Assembly: GCF_009914755.1 (NCBI RefSeq)
Contig: NC_060928.1
DNA length: 64,000 bases
Source of the DNA: the human T2T-CHM13v2.0 reference genome, Homo sapiens
Strand: one strand, 5' to 3'
Shown here: one piece after another, positions 1 to 12,566 of the stretch
Layout of the letters: each line of letters begins with the position of its first letter
Numbering within the stretch: position 1 is the first letter of the stretch
The notes under the pieces: generated by a model
Told to the model about the DNA's origin: nothing
Databases searched by the model: none
The model's input: the letters and a program-made list of their open reading frames with translations, nothing else
Position numbers and translations under genes: made by a program

Positions 1-1479
1 AGTATACAGAGAAAGATATATCTTTTGTTATTGTAGGGTATTATATAATCATTACCATGATCCTCTCTCTCATATTTATCTTGCTTTTAGTTTACAACAG
101 TTGTTAGAATCTTCACTCCATCATTTATCACAGAAACCTCAGATGAAAATAGAAACAAGGTTGCATATATTTTGCCTATCTAGAAGTTCAGTATCAGAGT
201 GTGTGAGTTATTTATCCTTAGTCTCATAGGTATTAAGTGGCAGAACTGGTACTCACAGTGCTTGTGCTGGGATACTGCAGTGGGCATCTATGGAATTAGT
301 TGTGTCTTCTAATTAGTTGTGTCTGTCACAGTGTCCCTCTCCTCATTCCACAGGATGCTCTGAACTCTGAAGGTGCCATGCTAGTAGCTAATGGGTTCCA
401 TCCCTGGAACTTGGGGGCTTGGGGCAAAGAGAGAAATAGTACACTTTCTCCAGAGGGATGAAGCTGTGATGGGAAAACCGTTATAACTCCTGGCATCTAA
501 AATCAAGCAATCAATGGATTGAAGAAGTAAAGAAGCAATCCCAAGAGAAATGGCTGCGAATGAAACGTTTAACAGGAAGCAGAGGCAAGGAATAGAGTAA
601 GCAATTCTATGGCATTTCAGCTCGTGCTTCCTATCACATCTAAGTTTTGGCTGCATTTTTGTTATTCCTACAGGTTAATTGCCCAGTTCTTTCTTCGATT
701 ATACTTAACTTAAATTCTTCCAGTAAACTCCCTTTGTGTTTAAGCATTAGATGGAGGAAATTTTTAAAAATGACTTAATATGGCTTTGCATTTTCTGGTT
801 CCAGTAGGCGTTTAAAGATGGAATGTTCTCTAATGAGGTATTCAGACACCACCTCCTATATTTAGAAACTTCTCAACTGTAGTTTTCTTGACGTAAATTA
901 TATATTCTCCCCTAGTTCTTTACTTACTCCCTCCTCAGTTACTGGTGTGTGAAACTTATATGGGTCCCCTATGGGTCTTCTATGTAAGTCCCATTGCCTA
1001 TCCAATGGGTTCTGTTGGATAGAACATAATATGAACCTTCCTAGTCTCTCTGTTTCATGCATGACCCATATCTGATTCACTGGAATCCTTCACATACCCT
1101 TTGACCTAATAACCTTTGGGATGGAGGCAGACCTCACAATCCTTGGGCTCATTGATCAACAGCTAACCATCCTGCCTGTAGCTCATTGTATTTGTCAGGT
1201 AGTAGTCATATTCCAGTCCATTGTGTTTTTTTATACTGTGTGTTCACATATTAAGTTCACCAAGTAGTCTCACCGAGGCTCCTCTAACTAGTTTTCAGGT
1301 AAGAATGGGCACAGCAAATCTCCCCATTAGTGGCAACACATTAGCGGAGCTCTTTCCTGAGGAATCATCTTTAAAAATTCCCTCCCTATTGAAAGAATCA
1401 AGCATTTTGCTTATTTTTCCTATTTAAACTATAGCTCAGGGAAGCCAAATAGTTAATGAGGGTAAGTTTTACTCCATAA

Positions 1480-2120
1480 AAGTATAACAGATAATGAATA
1501 AAGGAGAAATAGAACACAATGTCAATTTTGAGTCCTTAATGATATAGTTGATCTAGGAAATGATCATTCATAGTTGTTACCACCATAAAAAGAGAAACCA
1601 TTAGATATTATATACTTCTTGGTAGAAGTATATACCACCACCTCTGAAGTGTTCTTGTCAAAATTTTATTTTGAATTAGATCAAGCTTCTAGATTTAACT
1701 ACTAGGTTACAGGAAATACAGGGGATGGAAGAACATGTTAAAAGACACCATGAGGAAGTAGTTATTAAAGTTTAGAGTGTAGAAAACCTGCCAGGACAAA
1801 TGATCTGATTTTTTAAAAAACCAAAAAATTGCAAAGGGAGAAAAGCAAGCATGAAAAAATCTTGAGAGACTTAGGAAACATAATCAAATGCAACATGTGA
1901 TTCTTGTTTGGATTCCGATTCAAATTAAAGACTTTAAATAAAATGTGTAAGATGAGAACATTGAAACACTGACTTCTAATTTGAGAATTATTTTTAATAT
2001 TTACATGTGATAATAAATGAAATCATGGCTATGTTTGAAAAATGCCCTTTATATTTAAAGGTATATAATGACATATTTATGGACAAATTGATACTGATAT
2101 TTGGGCTGTGTTTCATAATG
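1480..2120 (+). mobile_element. Ancient L1 (L1MC-type) 3' end fragment
   Basis: Resembles L1MC 3'UTR (…GAGAGACTTAGGAAACATAATCAAATGCAACATGTG…GATACTGATATTTGGG); highly diverged. Confidence 0.6.
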
Positions 2121-3039
2121 ATGCTGAGGAAGTTGAATCCAAGCAGTTTCCTTCAGAGCCTAATGACGAAATTATCCTGTTGCAGTAAAGAAGGAAATGT
2201 ATAGAAATAAGGGATTTGTCAGAAAAGAGTGTACTGAGCAGTTTTATTGATTTGTGAGAGCCATGTAGGTGGGTAGTCAGTGATAAGTTAGAAAGTAGTT
2301 TAGGGCCAAACCTTGGAGGGCCTTAAAAAACAGGGTGGCTAATATGAACAAAATCATTATTTCAGTATGTAAGGCCCTATAATTTTCTGTACCAAAACTT
2401 TGTGATATAATTCAATGATAATTTAAGTGCTAATCAGCATGGTTTGTCAAAATAATAGAAGCTTCCTTTGATGGAAGATGAATTTTGAAAACGATTAGAC
2501 CTATGGAAAATGAATAATGAATTTTAATAACAGTTTCTTAATAGTGACAGGGATGCTTTTTCGTAATTTTATTTTGGTCACCTGGATTATACACTTTCAG
2601 TGTTAAAGCCCTGGAGAACCACAGTTAAAAGATAATGCATTTGCTCTGTACCCTATGTAGAGAAGAGCCCATGTTTTTCCTAGTGTTAGAGCTACTTGGC
2701 CTGCAACATAGATGTTATTGTATAAATTGGAATATGATTTGATTTGATCCTGAAAGATTTATTTTAATATCAAGATCAAGAGTCAAATGTTATTTTACCC
2801 AGCTTCTCAGGTGAGCCATGTTTAAGCCTCTTACAATTCGTGCATAAACGAAAGGAGATGCAGATTTGTTCTAGACTTGAAAAAGAAGTTAGAAACATGG
2901 GTTCTAGAGCAAGCTCATGAGCCTAGTAACTGAGTGACTGCTGAACATGTGAAAGAGTCAGCAGGACTGCCGAGTACTATTACTGGGCTTTATTCGGAAG
3001 TAGATGCAGTTTATAAATTTTTCGGCCTAGATTTGTATA

Positions 3040-4810
3040 CATATCCACATCTTCTCTGTGACATTTTGAATTTTTGACAATATATTTCTTTTAGAAATTC
3101 TCCTCTCCTTTGCCTACATGGCGCAGTTCATTTTCATCTTCTGGGTTGTCAGGAACATCTTCTTAAGTGTCAGTATTTCAAAGAGCTCCATCTTTGATTC
3201 TCTTTCTCATGTGATGTATTCTTTTTAGTGTGGCAATGTAACATCACAATTAAAAGTATAGAATTTCAAGTTAGAGAAACCTTGAATATTAGCTCTGTCA
3301 CTTTCTGCTTTGTAATCTTGGAAAACTTAATATTTCCGGTGATCTTAGAAAATTTAATATTTCTAGTCTCATTTTCTTGTCTGTAAAAATAAGCCACCTT
3401 CTTTCACCTCCCAGAATTGCTGGGATGTTGAAATGAGGTATTATATAAAGCCCTTATTATAGTGCTTGGCACATAAAAGATGCTGAATAAACAGTACTAA
3501 AGATTATTCATTTTTTTCAACTTCAAACTATGTGCTTACGACTCTATATCTTTAGCTAAATCTTTTCAATTGGGCTCCAAATCTCAATATGCAATAGTCT
3601 ATTTTAGTGGTTGCCAAATGCCAATTGTGGCTTGCTGTAAGTCAGTGATTGGTATTATACTGGTACAAGAGGAATTGAAAAAAATAAGGACACTTGGTTG
3701 ATTTTTAAAATAAAGGCAAGTTTATTTAATTTAATAAATCGCCTTTTATATTAAGACTCTTTTTAATTTTTCATATTGAAATATCCTTTTATAAAAATGA
3801 AATATTATTAGTGGATGACAGGGTTTTGTTTTGTTTTTATGTATCTTGACTTAGCAAAATAAAAGTTGGCAGTCTTTAATTGATTTCTAAAATTTATATG
3901 AATTATGCTGGTATGTGAACCCTGAAAGCTTAGGAACCTCTCATCCATTGGAAAACTTTACTTGAATAAACCACGAGCACCTCAAATTCAACACTGTAAA
4001 AGGTGTATTTCTTATTTCCTCCTCCCCCTACACATAAAACCCAACTTCCTTTTTATTGCCTGTCCTAAAGGATGTCATAATCATTCATTCCAGTCAGTTT
4101 TCAGAAAATCTGAGTCATCCCCAAAACCCTCTTGGATGGTAGTACCCTTACATTCAATCGATTGCTAAATCCTTCAGTTCTATCTCTTGATATTTCTTGA
4201 TTCATGCCCATTGCCACTATCATTATAATTTTTTTTTTTTTTGGGATTGTTTTCTTTCTATCTCCAGACTCCTGCTATTCCAATTTGTCTTACCCTAAGC
4301 TGCCAGAAACATCTTTTACTTTCCTGCCCGAAATCCTTCAGGGTTCCCCATCACCTTTGGGGCTAAACATTTTAGTGCAGCCCAAATGTCCCTCCCTTCC
4401 CATCTACTGCTTCTCCTCCACATGGATCCCTCATGCCTGCTGTAATTAACTACTTGCATCTATATTGTCTTGGGATCTTTACACATTCGGTTTCACCTGC
4501 TGGTAAATATCCTTCTCTCCTCATTTAGAAAATTCCAATTAGTTATTCAAGATTCAGTTCACATATTCTTCCATCCCAACTCTTCCCATACACCCCAATC
4601 TGAGTCTTGCATCTCTCTTCTTTGTCCTGAACCTCTGTCATAGTAACCAAACACAAGGTGGTGCAATTTTTTAGGTACATAACTAGGTTTCCTTCTCATC
4701 TGTGGAAACTGCTGTTGGGAATCACACCTTGCACCTCTGTGTTTCAGTGCTTAATACAATCCTTGATACACTTAGGTGTCCAATAACTCTTAGCTGCATA
4801 AATGACTATA
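3040..4810 (+). mobile_element. Fragmented L2 LINE with nested MIR (~3220-3510) and hAT element
   Basis: L2-like pyrimidine-rich segments (CCTCAAATTCAACA, TGAGTCATCC, GAAATCCTTCAGGGTTCCCCAT); MIR core TCTGTAAAA…TGGCACATAA. Confidence 0.55.
3604..3942. mobile_element. hAT-Charlie-type non-autonomous DNA transposon relic
   Basis: Degenerate Charlie-like termini TAGTGGTTGCCAAA … CTTAGGAACCTCT interrupting the L2. Confidence 0.45.
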
Positions 4811-5170
4811 AACCTTATATTATAGAGTTAAAGCTTCTATTAGACTACATTTCTGCTCCCAAGGGCCCTGCAGACCAAAATGTTAACCCAAAATGGTAGA
4901 AACCCATAGTCATTGTATTTATTTTATAGCCTCCCTATTAGGGAATTGAAGCATATAAAACAGTATTGGTGTATTGGCACATCTTTATATTATTTAATTT
5001 CATTATTGAATAAAAGTGTTTGGCTGAGGGTGTGAATAGGGGTTGAGCAGAGAGAATAGGATGCCTACTATTTACCATGGCTACACAACCCTAGACCAGG
5101 ATTTGTTCGTGAATATGCCCCTTTTCTTTTAGGTGCTAAACCATGTCTCCTATGCTATGTGTAGAAATAA

Positions 5171-5171
<1 letters not shown>

Positions 5172-5213
<42 letters not shown>
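5172..5213. repeat. (CA)n microsatellite, ~20 units
   Basis: Directly visible. Confidence 0.97.
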
Positions 5214-5218
<5 letters not shown>

Positions 5219-5586
5219 TTATTTAAAAAGATTCCCAAGTGAGAGAAGTTGATCCAATAGCCTCTCTTCTTGAGTAAGAGTCCTAAAATCTTAATAATAA
5301 TCCAGTATTTTCCTGAAGGATGGTCCTTGCTTTGAATTCTACCTCAAGACTCAGAGGGGACCCAAAACAATATCTGCTGCTTATCCACAACTGTGCCTTT
5401 CACACTCCATCATGCTGTCCTGTCCAAATGGTGTTTAAGAGAAAGAAACTCCCTTACCCCCTCACAGAGGGTAGTTAAATTTATTGAAAGGCTTTTACTA
5501 TCTAAGCCTGATCAAAGGCTTATATTTTCTTATATGTAATTGGTGACATCATATATGTTCTTGATGGCATGAAAATACTTTGGCGC

Positions 5587-6058
5587 TATATTAGTGAGAA
5601 TGTGTAGATTTGCAGTTAATAAACACCCAACTAAGCTTTTGACATTATGAAGAGTCTGGAGGAAGCAGTAAGTCTAGTTCATCAGCTTAGTAATGTCATC
5701 AAGGACCCTATTTCTTTGCGCCTTCCCGTGCCTCAGCATATTTAATTTTTGTCCTCCTTTATTGCATCATGGTGGCAAGATGGTTGTTGATGTTCTAAGC
5801 ATCACTATGACTCAACATCATCCCAAATAGAAGGGAAGCAAAAGGGAACATTAAATCATGATTGATAAGACTTATCATAATTCAGTCCTTGGGATTGGGC
5901 ATATTATCAACGCAAACATAATTGAACTTCTGTTAGTCAGAAAGAAGGGAGAGAATAGCTGTTATATTCGTCAGAAAGAAGGGAGAGAATAGCTTTCTGT
6001 TAGCCAGAAAGAAGGGAGTGAATAGCTGTTATGTAGGCAATTAACATTGTCTACTACA
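5587..6058 (-). mobile_element. Old MLT1-type MaLR solo LTR with internal triplication
   Basis: MLT1-like motifs (CAGCTTAGTAATGTCATCAAGGACCC, CATGGTGGCAAGATGGTTG). Confidence 0.55.
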
Positions 6059-7491
6059 TGTAATTCTTCTCTTTGAACTATGTGAAATATAACAGAGTTA
6101 CATAAAGGCTCCACCTTGAAGTTTACTTCTGCTATATCTGTACCCAAGCAACCTCACTTCTCCCTTTTCCCCCTTGACTCTCCATATTGTAACCTTTCCT
6201 TCTCATGACAACTCTCCGTCCCCACCCAGTGGATCTGAGCAAGTCCTACTATATATTTATTACTACATATTAGGTTGAATGACATGAACTTACCAATGTT
6301 AACATATTGTTCTCACAAAAATTTCATAATATACCCAATTAGTGTGGGATTAATAGAAAATGAATAACCATGGATAGCAAGTGAATAAAATCTGCTTAAA
6401 ACTCCAGAGAATGTCTTCAACAATGGAAAAAATCTATCCAATTTACAAATTGAACAAGTGGAAGACATTTGACATCTTCATTTGGAAAAAGGAAAAAGTC
6501 ATCTGCTAATAACATTTAATCATATTCCTAGAGAGTGTCAATAGTGGGCAAGGAGATATCCATTTTTATTTCTATAATTTCAGTAGGTTTATTCAGTCCT
6601 GTCCCACAGAGAGAGAAAATATATTGCCTTATGACTTTTTTTTAATAGCGTGAACTGCTGTTTACCTTATGATTTCTATCTCTCCCAGCTGGGAATACCA
6701 CAATGGCTACATATTTTTTAAAAAACATGAAGCTCAATGGAGAATAATTAATTTTTCTGCAGCAGAACACTTAAAATTAAAAAAAGATGAGTGGAAAAAT
6801 CCAGTGCAATGGTGAAAGATAAGTGTCTGAAACACCCAAACATGGAGAAGATCCAGCACTTTGCAGAGAGCTATAGCCAGACTTTGTAACAGGAGAGGAA
6901 GTCATCTGGAAAATGGCATTTCTCACACACTGGCTGTAAGTCAATCTCCTGGGTAGGAGTATCAGGTTAAACAACCCTTGCCGGTCTTTCATTTCTATGA
7001 ATGTAATAAGACTCTGGCAATAGAATCATTCTTTTGTTCAGTGGTTTCCCACCTGCTGCTCACAAACTGCTAAAGTCATCCTCTTCCTCGATGTCTTGCC
7101 CACCAAGTTGCACATACTTAGTCTGATATGTCCCTTGGGTGGACAAAATAGATCAATAGTATCAGAAGTCAGCCTGCGATTCAGCCAAATAAAAAAATAA
7201 AGCAGAGTGGAAATTATTAAAATGGAGGCCATTTAATAGCTGGACAAAGAGAGCATGAACACTGTTAAGGAGGTTAACGAGTGGGAGGAAAGAAAGAGGA
7301 CTAGAAATAAATGCACAAATGACAAAACAGAAGTGAAGATTTTCAGAAAATAAAGGCTTAAAAAGCCAACTTTGTTACACACAAAACAATGGCAAAGTAA
7401 GATAAAAGCATTATGATAGTTGGGAAAATATAGATTCCAGTTCTGGCTTCACCAACTATTGATGGATTTTTGAACAAGCCACTTAATCTTT

Positions 7492-7995
7492 ACTTTTTAA
7501 AACAGCTTTATTGAAATATAACTCACTGTCTGTAACATTCACCAGCTTAAAGTGTACAATTCAGTGCTTTCTGTTATGTTCACAGAATTGAACAAAAATT
7601 AACACAATCTAATTTAGTGTGTTTCATCACCCTGAAAAGAAACCGCATACTCATTAGCAGTCATTCATTCCCTAATTCTTTACTCTTCCAACCCCTGGCA
7701 GCCACTAAGCTACTTTCTGTTTCTAAAGACTTGTCCATTCTGAATATTTTATGTAAATGGAGCCATGTATTATGTGGACTTTTATGGCTGCTGCTTTCAC
7801 TTAATATAATTTTTTAAGGTTCATCCATGTTGTAGCATATATTAGTACTTTATTCCTTTTTATTGCCAAATACTATTTCATTATATGGATATATGATATT
7901 TTATGTATCCATTTATCAAGCAGTAGGTATCTGGGTTTTTCCCTCTTTTTAGATATTGTGGATAATGCTGCTGTGAGAATTCATGTAAAGGCTTT
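7492..7995 (-). mobile_element. L1MB-type 3' end fragment
   Basis: CAGCTTTATTGAAATATAA…AAGTGTACAATTCAGTG…AGGTTCATCCATGTTGTAGCAT, typical antisense L1M 3'UTR. Confidence 0.8.
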
Positions 7996-8518
7996 TTTAA
8001 GCCAATTGAATCTTGCTATAACTTCATTTATAAAACAAAACTAGAGTTTATGCTCTATGTTTGTATGTTTGAAGAAATCATTTCAGATATCTTAGTGATT
8101 TATGACATAGGTATAGAAGGATACAATATAGATATGTTTTCAGCTGATATTTCTAATAACACAATTAGCAATAGCATATTTTAATTCTAGCTTTCAGTTG
8201 GTAAATAGATAAGAGAGCTCTTTAAATATTGGCTGATTAATAGACCCTTTGATTTTCTTTTGTATTTATTTATCCATCCATTCATCCAATAGTTACCAAT
8301 GCTTATGAGTGCCAATTCTGTGCTTTTCCCACAAGACACACAATGGTATATAAGAAAGAACTTACACATAAGGAATTCATATTCTGGTAGAGGAGAAAGG
8401 ACATGTGTACAAATCAGCGAAATACATGGTAGAAAGTGAGAATGACCTTTAATGAGACTCAGATACGGCCTCAGTGAGTTCAGAGATTCTTTGCTCACAA
8501 CAATACTTCAACAAATTA

Positions 8519-8588
8519 TTTTCCTAGTTTATCTCAACAAATTCTTGTTGGTATTTCAATAAGAATTTGTTGAGATGAATTAAGAAAA
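8519..8588 (+). repeat. Inverted repeat, 32-bp arms, 6-nt loop
   Basis: 8519-8550 pairs with 8557-8588; 4 differences, 3 of them G-U compatible on +. Confidence 0.9.
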
Positions 8589-8834
8589 GAGAGATTTATT
8601 TAGGTATGGAAAATTTAAAGGATCCAAGTAGGAAGTAATTGCTGTTTAAATATGCTGTTGTTAAAGATCTTACAGTGGTGCATAATAATTGCCAAAGAGA
8701 TCTGAAAGTGGTGGTAGCAGCTAGTTACAGAAGCTCAAATCCTGTGCCTTATGGAGCTATATGATTATACTTTGACACACACACAAAAATCACCCTACAT
8801 TGCTGTCCAGCTTATTTGAATGTACTTTGCACAT

Positions 8835-9265
8835 TGTATTAGGGTTCTCTAGAGAGACAGAACTAAGGGAATATATAAAGGGGAGTTTATTAATATTAAG
8901 TCGCATGATCACAAGGTCCCACAATAGGCCATCTGCAGGCTGAGGAGAAGGGAAAACCAGTCTGAGTTACAAAACTGAAGAACGTGGAGTCCAATGTTCA
9001 AGGGCAGGAAGCATCCAGCACGGGAGAGAGACGTAGGCTGGGAGGCTAGGCCAGTCTTTCTTTTTACATTTTTCTGCCTGCTTATATTCTAGCCTCGTTG
9101 GCAGCTGATTAGATTGTGCCCACCCAGCTTAAGGGTGGGTCTGCCTTTCTCAGCCCACTGACTCAAATGTTAATCTCCATTGGCAATACCCTCACAGATA
9201 CACCCAGGATCAATAATTTGCATCCTTCAATCCAATCAAGTTGACACTCAGTATTAATCATCACA
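8835..9265 (-). mobile_element. MLT2A (HERV-L) solo LTR
   Basis: TG…CA ends; reverse strand starts TGTGATGATTAATACTGAGTGTCAACTTGATTGGATTGAAGG; TSD CACAT/CACAC. Confidence 0.92.
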
Positions 9266-10053
9266 CACACCAACATCTCCTTGGAAATAATTGTGACCTT
9301 TCCTTTGCCATCATTCTACCAAATATTCTGGAGGTCAACTAAAAATCCTTATAAGAAAGTAACATCTGAAATTATAAAGCAAAAACAGAAATGAATTTTG
9401 TTAACTCATGTATCATAATCCAGTTGCTGTTTTACAAATACTCCCGAGAACTTACTGTCAGGGAATACTGCTGTATATCATATTTCCTTTTCTCAGAACT
9501 AACGACAACATTTGATACACTGAGAAGTTTTGCTGATTTGGTTAATTTATTAAAAATAATACAAATACATATACCAAAGATGCAATGTATTGATTGCACA
9601 TTGACTTGAAATAGCTTGATCATGATATCCTGCAAAACTGATTAATTCCAATCATAACTATTATCTGTTTCTTTTCCTGAGAAACAATATTAAAATGCAT
9701 TCATTTGTAATCAGAATGCTCTGAGATACCATATCTGTGAATACTGGAATTTATCAAGAGTATCCTTTCAGTATAGTAGCAATCAATCAGTCATGGATCC
9801 TTTCTACTTTTAGTAGAAAGATTAGAGACGATGTCATGAAGGAATGGAGACTAGCTGAATCAGGAGGGAGACAGCTTAGCTAAGAGGAAGTTAGAGAGCA
9901 CTCCCTGTAGAGAAATGACATGAGCAAATGAGCAAATAGTGTGAGGAAGCCTTATTTGAGTTATGTGATGCTCCTTATTGTGGGAGACATTGCACGTTTC
10001 TGTTTTATAAGTAAATGGAAGCATAGTTAGGAAATCAGAGGTCAATGTTTTAA

Positions 10054-11949
10054 AAATTTAATTTAAGTTCCAGGATACATGTGCAGAACGTGCAGGTTTG
10101 TTACATAGGTAAACATGTGCCATGGTGATTTGCTGCACCTGTCAACTCATCACCTGGGTATTGATCCCCATATGCATTATCTATTTATCCTGATGCTCTT
10201 CCTTCTCCCACACTCCCAACAGCCCTGGTGTGTGTTGTTCCTGTCCCTGTGTCCATGTGTTCTCATTGTTCAGCTTCCACTTACGAGTGAGAACATGTGG
10301 TATTTGGTTGTCTGTTCCTGTGTTAGTTTCCTGAGGATGATGGCTTCCAGCTTCATCCACGTCCCTGCAAAGGACAAGATTTCATTCCTTTTTAGGGCTG
10401 CATAGTATTCCATGGTGTATATGTACCACATTTTCTCTATCCAGTCTATCACTGATGGGCATATGGGTTGATTCCATGTGTTTACTATTGTGAATAGTCC
10501 TGCAATAAACATATGTATGCATGTATCTTTATAATACAATGATTTATATTCCTTTGGGTGTACACCCAGTAATAGGATTGCTGGGTCAAATGGTACTTTT
10601 AGTTCTAGATCCTTGAGGAATTGTCACACTGTCTTTCACAATGGTTGAACTTATTTACATTCCCACCAATAGTGTAAAAGTGTTCCTATTTCTCCGCAGC
10701 CTCTCCAGCATCTGTTGTTTCTTGACTTCTTAGCAATCACCATTCTGACTGGCATAAGATAGTATCTCATTGTGGCTTTGATTTGCATTTCTCTAATGAT
10801 CAGTGATGTTTAGCTTTTTTTCATATGTTTGTTGGCTGCATAAATTTCTCCTTTTGAGAAGTGTCTGTTCATGTCCTTTGCCCACGTTTTGATGGTTTTT
10901 TTTTTTTCTTGTAGATTTGTTTAAGTTCCTTGTAAATTCTGGATATTAGAGCTTTGTCAGAAGGGTAGATTGCAAAAATTTTCTCCCATTCTGTAGGTTG
11001 CCTGTTCATTCTTGTAATAGTTTCTTTGTTGTGCAGAAGCTCTTTAGTGTAATTAGATTGCATTAGTCAATTTTTGCTTTTGTTTTAATTGCTTTTGGTG
11101 ATGTCATCATAACATCTTTGCCCATGCCTATGTCCTGAATGGTATTGCCTAGATTTTCTTCTAGGATTTTTATGGTTTTGGGTTTTGCATTTAAGTCTTT
11201 AATCCATCTTGAGTTAATTGTTGTATAAGGTTTATAGAAGGTGTCCAGTTTCAGTTTTCTGCATATGGCTAGCCAGTTTTCCCAGCACCATTTATTAAAT
11301 AGGGAATGCTTTCCTTATTGTTTGTTTTTGCCAGGTTTGTTGAAGATCAGATGATTGTAGATGCGTGATCTTACTTCTGAGATCTCTATTCTGTTGCATT
11401 GGTCTATGTGTCTGTTTTGGTACCAGTTTCATGCTGCTTTGGTTACTGTAGCCTTGTAGTATAGTTTGAAGCCAGGTAGCATGATGCCTCCAGCTTTGTT
11501 ATTTTTGCTTAGGATTGTCTTGGCTATATGGGCTTTTTTTTTGTTTCATATGAATTTTAAAGTAGGTTTTTCTAATTCTGTGAAGAATGTCAATGGTAAT
11601 TTTATGGGAATAGCATTGAATCTATAAATTACTTTGGACAATGTGGCCATTTTCACGATATTGATTCTTCCTATCCACAAGGATGAAAAGTTTTTCCATT
11701 TGTTTATGTCCTCTCTTACTTCCTTGAACTGTGGTTTGTAGTTCTCCTTGAAGAGGTCCTTCACATCCCTTGTTAGGTGTATTCCTAGGTATTTTATTCT
11801 CTTTGTAGCAATTGTAAATGGAAGTTCATTCATGATTTGGCTCTCTGCTTGTCTATTGTTGGTGTATAGGAATGCTTGTGATTTTTGCACATTGATTTTG
11901 TATCCTGAGACTTTGCTGAAGTTGCTTATTAGCTTAAGGAGCTTTTGGG
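10054..11949 (-). mobile_element. 5'-truncated L1PA (approx. PA7-PA10)
   Basis: ORF2 C-terminal peptides ([19 protein letters not shown]) plus 3'UTR; TSD AGAGGTCAAT(G)TTTTAA at 10037-10053 and 11950-11965. Confidence 0.93.
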
Positions 11950-12373
11950 AGAGGTCAATTTTTAAGAAGTGACTTCCTAAATAGACAGGTTTTGTTAAGT
12001 ATACAGCCACTCTCATTGGGAAGAAACATGGGTAAGTTGGAAAAAGAATACCCATTTTACTGAATAATTCTGGAGAAAAATCAAATGACCTTGAAAATGA
12101 GTTCTGCCATAAGTTTGTTGAGAATAAGTGTAACTATCCCCACACCTCTGCCAAGAAATCTTACTCTGATTTATCTGGTCAGTTTCTTCTAACACTTTTC
12201 TACAGTAACCATTCCAAACTTCTTTTTTTGTCCAAACTCCAACCTGACTAAACTCATGTCTGCCAACTATACACTCATTCTCATAAAATAACTTTAATGA
12301 TAATAAAGAAAATGTAATTCATTAACTAGAAAGCCACTTAATTTCTTCCAACACACAAATGTTCCTTTTTGTT

Positions 12374-12462
12374 CAATGGGACAGAGTAGAGATCTCAGAA
12401 GTAAGACCATATATCTACAGTCATCTGATCTTCAACAAACCTGGCAAAAACAATGAATGGGG
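12374..12462 (+). mobile_element. Isolated ~90-bp L1 ORF2 fragment, no polyA tail
   Basis: Reverse complement of 11313-11401 with 20- and 33-nt identical runs. Confidence 0.8.
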
Positions 12463-12566
12463 TATAACTACACCCATTCACCCTTCTCTCTTCCTGTGAT
12501 AATTGAAAATCATCTCTCCTCTCTAAAGCTTATCTTAGTACCTATCCTCTAAGTCTCTTTTTGGGA

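Noticed and set aside
200-760. Possible ancient LTR at the window start
   Set aside because: LTR-like composition, but no family, termini or TSD could be identified with confidence.
2790-2816. CCCAG-CTTCTCAG-GTGAGC as an 8-nt microexon
   Set aside because: Short pyrimidine tract, not frame-preserving, no other support.
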